Assembly: GCA_018667355.1 (NCBI GenBank)
Contig: JABIVC010000013.1
Location: 74,305 to 138,304, forward strand
From: Gammaproteobacteria bacterium
Lineage (GTDB): Bacteria > Pseudomonadota > Gammaproteobacteria > GCA-002705445 > GCA-002716945
Direction: 5' to 3'
Length of the DNA stretch: 64,000 bases
Of the stretch, positions 56,500 to 64,000 are shown piece by piece. Every line of letters begins with the position of its first letter. Position 1 is the first letter of the stretch. Both the position numbers and the translations under genes were made by a program. Under the pieces are notes generated by a model, which saw only the letters and a list, made by a program, of their open reading frames with translations, was not told where the DNA came from and did no database searches.

Positions 56500-57358
56500 A
56501 TTCTCGTTATCATGGATTAAGATGAGAGAAAAATATGATTTAAAATCTAGAAGTGATCTATTATTAAGGCAGTATAAAAAAGATAATTCATTCTTTAAAA
56601 AAATCATAGATTTAGGTTCTGGTAATGGTTCATTTCTGAGATATTGCCATACTAAGAAAATAATATTTGATGACATGACCCTGATCGATTATGACCCAAA
56701 GCTATTAAGAAACTTTTATACTACAACTTGTAAGTATTTAAAAAACTCTGGTTACAGTCTACTAAAAGAATTACCTACAAAATATAAATTAAAAAAAATG
56801 GATGAGACTAAAACCAGAAATATTAAACTAATCAACAATGATATTTCAAAGTCATTTGATATTATTGATAGTTATAATTTAATTAGTTTATCTGCTATGT
56901 CAGACATATTACCAATATCATTTATTAAAAAACTTTTGAATAATGTGAGTAAAAATAAAATTATATATCTATCAATATGTTTTAGTGGGACTGTTGATTG
57001 GCATATTAAACATAAATATGATAAATATATTGTGTCAATGTTTAATAATCATCAGGAGATGAATAAAGGTTCTGGCTATGCTATTGGTGCCAAGAGCATT
57101 AAGCTTATAAAAGGCCATAGTATTAAGAAACAATATAAGGTATCTATAAAAGATTCATCCTGGAAAATAAACTCTAATACTGAAGATGATAAAACTTTCC
57201 AAAGAATGTATTTAGATACTATATATAGGCCACTAAAAAAAGATGAAAATACTGATAAAGAAATGCTTCTGGATTGGAAAGAGGCGAAACTGAGAGCAAT
57301 TCAATCTGGCAGGTCTAAAATTATTGTAGGACATAAAGATATTTTGATTAAAACATAA
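56444..57358 (+). CDS. class I SAM-dependent methyltransferase
   Basis: IIDLGSGNGSFLRY motif I. The start is probably the internal Met near 56486. Confidence 0.55.
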   Translation: MDGRGPLETLRWCYMEKDKFSLSWIKMREKYDLKSRSDLLLRQYKKDNSFFKKIIDLGSGNGSFLRYCHTKKIIFDDMTLIDYDPKLLRNFYTTTCKYLKNSGYSLLKELPTKYKLKKMDETKTRNIKLINNDISKSFDIIDSYNLISLSAMSDILPISFIKKLLNNVSKNKIIYLSICFSGTVDWHIKHKYDKYIVSMFNNHQEMNKGSGYAIGAKSIKLIKGHSIKKQYKVSIKDSSWKINSNTEDDKTFQRMYLDTIYRPLKKDENTDKEMLLDWKEAKLRAIQSGRSKIIVGHKDILIKT

Positions 57359-58251
57359 TGAGCATCAGAGACGCCTTAAAATATCTTGCCTCTATTATAG
57401 TAATTTATTATATTATTAATGAGTTCGGTATCAATATATCTAATATTCTCTCTATCATTGACCCAAGATATATTTTATTAATTGTATTAGTAAGTATTTT
57501 TCAGCATATACTGTCAGCATACAGATGGATGTATATTTCTAAGGTAACTAATCTAAATATTAGCTTTAGCCATTCTATTCAATTTTATTATATTTCTACT
57601 TTCATGAATAATATTCTTCCTGGTGGAATAATGGGGGATATATTTCGTATATACTATACTTCTGAAAAGAAAAATGAAATACTCAAAATGGGTAAGTCAA
57701 TGCAGTCTGTTATTTTTGAGAGATTATCAGGCCAAATCATGTTACTTGCTTTCTTTGTTGTATCTTTAACTATATATTTTCTTATTAACCAAAAATATGA
57801 AGCTTTTCTCTACTTATTCTTTCCTTCAATATCAATATTCATTTTATTCAAATATTTTCTTAACCAAAAAATTAAAAAAATATTAGGTAAAAAACAAATT
57901 AGCCAAAATCTTTATATGGTTTTTACAGGGGAAATATTTTGGAGACATCTAACTCTCTCTTTTTTTGTTGTATGCTCTTATATACTCATATATATCATTT
58001 CAGCAGTTTCATTAGGTCTAAATATTGATTATCTTTCATTTTTAGTATTTTCTCCAATAATTCTTTTTTCAATGACTTTACCTATTAGTGTCGGGGGGTG
58101 GGGTATTAGAGAATTAACAGCACTTCTTTTATCTCTACTCTTGGGGCTTTCAGCTTCTGCAAGCATTAGTGTTTCAATTATTTATGGGATACTAAATTTA
58201 TTATGTTCGCTACCTGGGTTATATTTTTTCATGAAAATCAAATTAAATTAA
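57358..58251 (+). CDS. UPF0104 / lysylphosphatidylglycerol-synthase-TM-type (flippase-like) membrane protein
   Basis: Polytopic; NNILPGGIMGDIFRIYY motif. Its ATG overlaps the methyltransferase stop (ATAATG). Confidence 0.55.
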   Translation: MSIRDALKYLASIIVIYYIINEFGINISNILSIIDPRYILLIVLVSIFQHILSAYRWMYISKVTNLNISFSHSIQFYYISTFMNNILPGGIMGDIFRIYYTSEKKNEILKMGKSMQSVIFERLSGQIMLLAFFVVSLTIYFLINQKYEAFLYLFFPSISIFILFKYFLNQKIKKILGKKQISQNLYMVFTGEIFWRHLTLSFFVVCSYILIYIISAVSLGLNIDYLSFLVFSPIILFSMTLPISVGGWGIRELTALLLSLLLGLSASASISVSIIYGILNLLCSLPGLYFFMKIKLN

Positions 58252-59107
58252 TATCACATAGTATATCTGTGCCCATTATACTATATGTAATCTCATGCTG
58301 TTTAATCTCACTTAATGATTGTTTCTCTGGTAGTATGAAACTACTAATACCTTCACCTAATATTATTGGACTTATACATAAATATAATTTATTAATAAGA
58401 TTTTCTTGATAGAATTTAGAGATAGTCATTCCGCCACCTTCAATAAATATTATACTCTTATTCAACTTAGTCATAAGCGATATGATATCTTTCTCATCAA
58501 ACTGATTATTTACGAGAGGCAATTGAAATATATTTGTATTTCTTGATTTTAATTTGTCACTAATTATTTTATAACCTTTATCGTCTTCATTACTAAATAC
58601 ATTATATTTTTTGCTGAGTTTATTATCTTTGTCTATGATAATGCGCATAGGATTCTCTCCTTTGACAAGTCTTGTTGTAAGCATAGGATTATCAAATTGA
58701 ACAGTTTTATAGCCTACAATAATTATATCTGATATTGCCCTCAAGGCATGTATGTGAAAAAGATTTTCTTTCGAACTTATATATTTTGACTCTCCAGACT
58801 TTGTAGCAATAAGACCATCAAGAGTTTGAGCCAAATGAGCTATCACATAATTTTTTTGGTTATTAAATATAAGAGGAAGATACATTTTGAAGAGACTATG
58901 TCCATAATCATCAATTTCAAAATTACTGTCAATTATAACTTTTTTTTGAATGTCATACTCATATTTCAATATTTTTTTGTTTATTGATTTTTCTATATGA
59001 ATTTTTGATATTTCATCAGGACTCTTGGATTTAAAGTATTTTGCCGCTAAAATTAGTGACCATGCAGATTTTTTTGTTATACTTAATTTATTAGTTTTAT
59101 TATGCAT
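58238..59107 (-). CDS. RibD C-terminal-domain (DHFR-like) reductase with about 85-aa N-terminal extension
   Basis: YVIAHLAQTLDGLIATKSGESKYISS...LFHIHALRAISDIIIVGYKTV..DNPMLTTR. Confidence 0.65.
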   Translation of the reverse strand: MHNKTNKLSITKKSAWSLILAAKYFKSKSPDEISKIHIEKSINKKILKYEYDIQKKVIIDSNFEIDDYGHSLFKMYLPLIFNNQKNYVIAHLAQTLDGLIATKSGESKYISSKENLFHIHALRAISDIIIVGYKTVQFDNPMLTTRLVKGENPMRIIIDKDNKLSKKYNVFSNEDDKGYKIISDKLKSRNTNIFQLPLVNNQFDEKDIISLMTKLNKSIIFIEGGGMTISKFYQENLINKLYLCISPIILGEGISSFILPEKQSLSEIKQHEITYSIMGTDILCDINLI

Positions 59108-59350
59108 AATGTTATGGGTTATTTAAAAAGTACTATTATCAATATAATACATGGGGCACTAATTCTCATACCCGTTATAATATTTATTCATTTTACATAT
59201 CATTATTTTTCTAATTATAGCCCAATTCCTTCAATATATTATTTTTATGCTTCAATGGAATTAGGCCCTTTATATTTAGTTATAAACTTTTATATCACTG
59301 GTATATTAGGAAGATTCTTCAGCCAGAATCTTAGTTTTAATAACTTATAG
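59102..59350 (+). CDS. possible small membrane protein (82 aa, two hydrophobic segments)
   Basis: ORF fills the 237-bp gap between two minus-strand genes. No homology signal; could be spurious. Confidence 0.2.
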   Translation: MHNVMGYLKSTIINIIHGALILIPVIIFIHFTYHYFSNYSPIPSIYYFYASMELGPLYLVINFYITGILGRFFSQNLSFNNL

Positions 59351-59800
59351 TATAGTAGGGTTTGGAGCATCTCCATATACTTCGTCTGGATCGAATACTT
59401 TTTCTTTTTCAGTAAATGTTAGTTTTGCTTTTTTACCATCATATGATATCTCCCGATAGAAGCATGAGAAATAGCCAACATGACAACTAGCATTTCCAGC
59501 AACAGTCACTTTAATCCATATGCAATCTTGATCATCATCTATTAGTATATTATCAACTTTTTGTACAAATCCACTGGTGGCACCCTTATGCCATATACAT
59601 TTTCTGCTTCTACTATAGTAATGAGCTTCACCTTTTTCAATTGTGAGCGTTAGTGCTTCTGCATTCATAAATGCATGCATTAATAAGACCCCAGATTTAC
59701 TATCAGTTGTAACTACTGGTATAAAGCCATCAGAGTTGAACTTTGGACTAAGGCTAGTCCCTTCTTCTACCTCTTTGACTGATATTCTCTCTTCAAACAT
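59345..59800 (-). CDS. hisI: phosphoribosyl-AMP cyclohydrolase (stand-alone HisI domain)
   Basis: DGFIPVVTTD..GVLLMHAFMNAEAL...YYSRSRK.IWHKGATSG...D.D.DCIW..V...G.ASCHVGYFSCF; no HisE domain. Confidence 0.75.
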   Translation of the reverse strand: MFEERISVKEVEEGTSLSPKFNSDGFIPVVTTDSKSGVLLMHAFMNAEALTLTIEKGEAHYYSRSRKCIWHKGATSGFVQKVDNILIDDDQDCIWIKVTVAGNASCHVGYFSCFYREISYDGKKAKLTFTEKEKVFDPDEVYGDAPNPTIL

Positions 59801-59802
59801 AA

Positions 59803-59982
59803 TTATTTTTTATCAAATACTGATTTCTTTATAAAGGTTTTACCGCAATAGTAGCATTCTACTGTCCCATCTTCACTATTAAGTTTCAAAAATATTTGAG
59901 GATGATTACCACTGTCACTGTCTCCAGAACAACTTATTGAATTTACATGGTCATCTATTATTTTAATATTAGATATTTTCAT
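59803..59982 (-). CDS. zf-CHCC-type zinc-finger protein (59 aa), not in the supplied ORF track
   Basis: Hand translation MKISNIKIIDDHVNSISCSGDSDSGNHPQIFLKLNSEDGTVECYYCGKTFIKKSVFDKK shows the C..HP..C.YCG pattern of the NDUFS6-type zinc finger. 3-nt spacing to both neighbouring genes. Confidence 0.5.
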   Translation of the reverse strand: MKISNIKIIDDHVNSISCSGDSDSGNHPQIFLKLNSEDGTVECYYCGKTFIKKSVFDKK

Positions 59983-59986
59983 GATT

Positions 59987-60646
59987 CTATAAAGACCCGA
60001 AATCCCCTAATTTCATTAATCTTTCTCTAAATCTTTCTTTAATCTCTTCTGTTAAGTATTTTAAATCTAATGCTTGTTTCATTTTATCAATGTTATTTAT
60101 ATCTCTAAATAATATCTCAGCAACTTCATAAACAGATAAGCTTTGTTTTTCCTTTCTAATATATTCAACCTCATCATTTTTTGATATTTTTCCTGGCTCT
60201 AATACTCTTAGGTATGAACCTAATAAGCCGCTTTGAGAAAATTTTTTTGGAAAATCTCTACTATTCATTTTTATACCTATCTTATAGCAAGGTATCCTTG
60301 GCTGAGAGATTTGGAAAAGACAATTCCCAATTTTTAACTCATCACCTATGTATATTTTCCTTTCATCAAAGTCATCAATTGTGAGATTTTCTCCTACTAG
60401 TCCAAATTCGTTATATTCTTGATTCATTTCCTCTGACCAAGTTTGATAATGTTTATATGAGTATGCATATATAGCTTTATCATATCCTCCATGGACTTTC
60501 ATATCAGCCTGTCTATCACCAATCAAGCCAACATCTGTAACTTCAATTGGCCCCTCTATTGGTTTTTTATATATACTGGTGATAAGCTCTTTACCATTAA
60601 AGACAATTTTCTTTGGCTCAGAAATATTAATAGATAAAATTTTCAT
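59987..60646 (-). CDS. MOSC-domain protein (YiiM-like)
   Basis: HGGYDKAIYAYS...GENLTI...QISQPRIPCYKIG. Confidence 0.75.
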   Translation of the reverse strand: MKILSINISEPKKIVFNGKELITSIYKKPIEGPIEVTDVGLIGDRQADMKVHGGYDKAIYAYSYKHYQTWSEEMNQEYNEFGLVGENLTIDDFDERKIYIGDELKIGNCLFQISQPRIPCYKIGIKMNSRDFPKKFSQSGLLGSYLRVLEPGKISKNDEVEYIRKEKQSLSVYEVAEILFRDINNIDKMKQALDLKYLTEEIKERFRERLMKLGDFGSL

Positions 60647-60697
60647 ATATTATATAAAGTAATTGTATAATCTCATTATAAAAAAGGATAACTTAAG

Positions 60698-61603
60698 ATG
60701 ACCTCATATACAATGAATTGGATATTATTATTATTGCTATCTGCTATTTGGGGCGGAGCTTTTACTCTTAATAAATTTGCTCTAGAGGCATATAGCCCAG
60801 AGTTTTTAGTCGCGGGACGTTTACTTATTGCCAGTATAATTCTACTAGGCTTTGTTTTAATAATTTTTAGAAAGATTGAATTTGATTTCTTAAACTGGCG
60901 TTACTATATCTTTATGAGTATTGTAGGTATTGTTGCACCATTTCTACTAATATCTCATGGACAAATTGGTATCGATAGTTCACTTGCAGGAATATTGATG
61001 TCAACAATGCCTATTTCAACATTGATATTATCACATTTTTTTTTAGATGATGAGATCATGACTAATAAGAAATTAATTGGTTTTATGATTGCATTCATAG
61101 GCATAGTCATCCTAATAATGCCTGATAAAAATATAGTTGAAAATAATTTTATTGATGGTGTCTATTCAGAACTCATGGTTATAGGAGGAGCTGTATTATA
61201 TTCTTTTGCTGCAGTTTATGGCAAGAGGTTTAAAATTACAAACCCTCTAAATGCATCAACTGGAGTAATATTATATTCAGCAATCATCATATGTATATAT
61301 ATCATGTTCAATTCTAACTTGATTCCAGTTTCTTATAGTAGCTTAAATCATATTACAGCAGTAATCATTCTAGGAGTTTTTTGTACAGCTATAGCCACTA
61401 TAATATATTTTCAGATACTACAGTCATCAGGAGCAACTTTTATATCTATAATGAATTATCTAATTCCCATTTGGGCAATATTATTTGGTGTTATCTTCTT
61501 TGAAGAAGATGTTTCATGGAACTACTTTATAGGGTTAATCATTATAGTATTTGGTATCCAGCTTAGTCAAAGCAAAGGAAATAGTAGGAAAATTACGACA
61601 TGA
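60698..61603 (+). CDS. EamA/DMT-superfamily transporter
   Basis: Ten predicted TM segments and a duplicated EamA architecture. Confidence 0.7.
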   Translation: MTSYTMNWILLLLLSAIWGGAFTLNKFALEAYSPEFLVAGRLLIASIILLGFVLIIFRKIEFDFLNWRYYIFMSIVGIVAPFLLISHGQIGIDSSLAGILMSTMPISTLILSHFFLDDEIMTNKKLIGFMIAFIGIVILIMPDKNIVENNFIDGVYSELMVIGGAVLYSFAAVYGKRFKITNPLNASTGVILYSAIIICIYIMFNSNLIPVSYSSLNHITAVIILGVFCTAIATIIYFQILQSSGATFISIMNYLIPIWAILFGVIFFEEDVSWNYFIGLIIIVFGIQLSQSKGNSRKITT

Positions 61604-61660
61604 ATACTCTGGTTTATCAGTTTCATGCTATATTTATACTATAAATCTATGAGGTGAAAT

Positions 61661-61975
61661 ATGTTATATGATGACAAACTTGCAATGGCTAAAAAATTAA
61701 AAATTGAATCTGCAACGTTTCAGAAGATTCTTGACCATTTAAGAAAAAATCCTGATGTCCAAAATATTGATATGATGAATCTTGCAAACTTCTGCCGTAA
61801 TTGTATTTCTAAATGGTATATGTCGGAGGCTGAAAAATTAGGTGAAAAATTAACTTATGATGAAGCAAGAGAACTAGTTTATGGAATGCCTTATTCTGAG
61901 TATAAAATGAAGCACCAAAAAGAGGCAACTAAAGAGCAACTTGATAAATTTAATGAAGGCAAAAAAAATAAATAA
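61661..61975 (+). CDS. DUF1244-like small protein
   Basis: LANFCRNCISKW motif. Confidence 0.45.
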   Translation: MLYDDKLAMAKKLKIESATFQKILDHLRKNPDVQNIDMMNLANFCRNCISKWYMSEAEKLGEKLTYDEARELVYGMPYSEYKMKHQKEATKEQLDKFNEGKKNK

Positions 61976-62729
61976 GTTACAGTTATCAAATGATGAACTG
62001 CTAAGGTATAACAAGCATGCTCTTCTGGAGGAAATAGAAACAGATGGGCTAGAGACCTTGAGTCAAAAACATATTGCAATAGTTGGTCTCGGGGGCTTGG
62101 GCTGCCCAATTGCTCAATATTTGTCAACCTCGGGAATTGGTGAGATTACATTGATAGATAATGATAGGGTTGAGGAAACAAATCTTCAAAGACAAATCTT
62201 ATATACAGAAGCTGATATAGGTGATTTTAAGACTGATGTAGCATACAAAAGACTGAAAGTACTAAATGTTAATATAAATATAAATAGTTTCAACGTAAGA
62301 CTCACAGATGAGTCAATTAATTTAATAAAAAATGTAGATATAATTATTGATGCAACAGATAATTTTAAATCAAGGTCATCTATCAATAGAATGTCCTTAA
62401 TCTTAAAAAAACCTCTAATTATGGGTGCTGCTATAAAGATGCAAGGACAGGTTGCCGTTTTCAGAAATGATTTATATGGCAAGCCTTGCTATAATTGTCT
62501 ATACGATGACATTGATGATGAATCCAATTCATGTATGGATTTGGGCGTTTTATCTACCTTGACAGGAGTCATTGGTTCACTTCAAGCTACAGAAGCTATT
62601 AAAATCTTATTAGGCTTTGGAGAGTCTTTGGAGAGTAAATTACTACTAGTAGATTTAAAACATATGGGATTTAGAACTGTTAAAATATCTAAAGATAAAA
62701 AGTGTAAAATTTGTAATCAAAATGATTAA
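61953..62729 (+). CDS. moeB: molybdopterin-synthase adenylyltransferase (ThiF/MoeB family)
   Basis: IAIVGLGGLGCPIAQYL nucleotide-binding motif and a C-terminal CxxC pair. Start moved to the ATG at 61953 (the track's start is TTG). Confidence 0.8.
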   Translation: MKAKKINKLQLSNDELLRYNKHALLEEIETDGLETLSQKHIAIVGLGGLGCPIAQYLSTSGIGEITLIDNDRVEETNLQRQILYTEADIGDFKTDVAYKRLKVLNVNININSFNVRLTDESINLIKNVDIIIDATDNFKSRSSINRMSLILKKPLIMGAAIKMQGQVAVFRNDLYGKPCYNCLYDDIDDESNSCMDLGVLSTLTGVIGSLQATEAIKILLGFGESLESKLLLVDLKHMGFRTVKISKDKKCKICNQND

Positions 62730-63729
62730 AGATAAACTAAATAGGAAGTTTGAATACTTAAGGATTTCAGTTACTGACAAATGTAACTATAGATGCATAT
62801 ATTGTATGCCTAAGGATATATTTGGAAGTAAGTATCAGTTTTTAAGGAAAAGTGAATTGTTATCATATGAAGAAATTATAAAAGTAGCTAAGACTCTAAA
62901 ACCATTTGGTTTAAAGAAAATTAGACTTACTGGTGGAGAGCCACTACTTAGAAAAAATATAGAGCGTCTAATTAATGGTTTAAAAAAAGATGCATTAATA
63001 GAAAAAGTAATGATCACCACCAACGGATCTTTATTAACTAAGAATAAATTAATTGCCTTGAAAGAAAATGGCTTAGACTCAATCACTATAAGCTTAGATA
63101 GCTTGTCGCAACGAGTTGGAAATATAATGAATCCTATTAATAATAGTAATTTTGTTTCAGAAGCTATAAATGATGTTATCGATATATTTGGTAGTGTAAA
63201 AATAAATATGGTTGTGATGAAAGAAATTAATGATAAGGAAATCATTCCTATGATAAATAGGTTTATAGATAAAAAAATTGAACTAAGGTTCATTGAATAT
63301 ATGGATGTTGGAGAGTCTAATAATTGGTCTTTAGAGAATGTATTTACTTCAAAGGAAACTAAATCTATAATTGGAAAATATTTTAATCTAAAGAAGTTAC
63401 CTGATTTAATAGACTCCACATCAGAAAAATGGTCTATAGATGACCATACTCTCAACGTTGCTTTTATATCCTCGATATCAAAACCATTTTGTTCTGAATG
63501 TAATCGTGGCAGGCTATCAGCAAATGGTAATTTTTATACATGTCTATTTTCAGGTAAGCCTTATAACTTTTCAAACTATTTTAGAAATGAGGAGAGCAGC
63601 TTATCATTTGACAATTACTTCAAACAAGTTTGGTCTAATAGAAACGATCAGTATTCCCAACTAAGACTTATTACAAAACCTAATAAAGATAAAAGTAACA
63701 AGGTAGAGATGTCGCATATTGGGGGGTAA
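62722..63729 (+). CDS. moaA: GTP 3',8-cyclase (radical SAM)
   Basis: CNYRCIYCMP radical-SAM cluster motif and C-terminal cysteines. Confidence 0.88.
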   Translation: MIKDKLNRKFEYLRISVTDKCNYRCIYCMPKDIFGSKYQFLRKSELLSYEEIIKVAKTLKPFGLKKIRLTGGEPLLRKNIERLINGLKKDALIEKVMITTNGSLLTKNKLIALKENGLDSITISLDSLSQRVGNIMNPINNSNFVSEAINDVIDIFGSVKINMVVMKEINDKEIIPMINRFIDKKIELRFIEYMDVGESNNWSLENVFTSKETKSIIGKYFNLKKLPDLIDSTSEKWSIDDHTLNVAFISSISKPFCSECNRGRLSANGNFYTCLFSGKPYNFSNYFRNEESSLSFDNYFKQVWSNRNDQYSQLRLITKPNKDKSNKVEMSHIGG

Positions 63730-63800
63730 TGGTTTATTTCATAATTAGTTAAGTTGTAATCTCTAATCTAGAGAGATACTATCAGTATATGTACAAAATT

Positions 63801-64000
63801 ATGAGTTATTTTTTTTACCTATTAGCAATTATTTCTGGTTATCTTGCAGCTTTTGATTTGCTTGTACAGGTATTCCCGGATTATGGTTTTTTTGAATTAA
63901 CAGCTGGTTTTTTCGTTACTGCCATGTTTTTCCCTTTAGTGCCACTATACCCCGGTATTAATAGTGGAGAGTGGATCACAGCCATAGTTTGTTATAGTTC
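63801..64000 (+). CDS. hypothetical membrane protein, N-terminal fragment (runs off the window)
   Basis: ATG at 63801 followed by an open, hydrophobic reading frame to the window end. Confidence 0.25.
   Translation, partial: MSYFFYLLAIISGYLAAFDLLVQVFPDYGFFELTAGFFVTAMFFPLVPLYPGINSGEWITAIVCYS

Overview
This window reads as one contiguous, gene-dense stretch of an AT-rich gammaproteobacterial chromosome. I judged AT-richness by eye and did not compute GC. Intergenic spacers are short and many start/stop codons overlap, which fits a streamlined free-living or symbiotic genome. The partial gene at the 5' end looks like the C-terminus of adenylylsulfate reductase alpha (aprA), so a sulfur-oxidising lineage is plausible (SUP05 or vesicomyid-symbiont-like; this is inference). 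About 80 features are supported. Most are core housekeeping genes in conserved operons, in window order:
- trxA, rho
- aroQ-accB-accC-fis-purH-purD
- dsbD
- fxsA, groES, groEL
- fadD
- a Fur-box-preceded Fe3+ ABC transporter (fbpABC-like)
- ilvE
- an LPS inner-core block (hldE, a GT9 heptosyltransferase, kdkA, waaA)
- pcm-rhodanese-tolC
- thiC, metY, dinB, bolA, rsmJ
- mreBCD, gatCAB, prmC, prfA, hemA
- a TPR lipoprotein, ispE, prs, rplY, pth, ychF with tRNA-Gln and tRNA-Met
- ccmEFGHI
- trhO, yceI
- DUF1244-moeB-moaA
I saw no CRISPR array, IS element, integrase or prophage. The most unusual region is about 54.1-59.1 kb, mostly two tight operons plus one convergent gene. Its gene content does not match any pathway I recognise: a CDP-alcohol phosphatidyltransferase, a zinc-less BchC-like MDR dehydrogenase, a catalytically degenerate PTPS/QueD-like T-fold protein, a GT4 glycosyltransferase, a SAM methyltransferase, a UPF0104 flippase-like membrane protein and a RibD-C-type reductase. 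Just downstream sits an odd MOSC / zf-CHCC (59-aa ORF missing from the ORF track) / stand-alone HisI operon. Other points worth a second look: a +1 frameshift at an A6 tract that splits a bifunctional hldE; a trhO plus TrmR-like O-methyltransferase pair implying a Bacillus-type mo5U tRNA route; and thiC without a TPP riboswitch. The supplied ORF track uses ATG, GTG and TTG starts, so several starts were re-picked by alignment to known N-termini and remain approximate.
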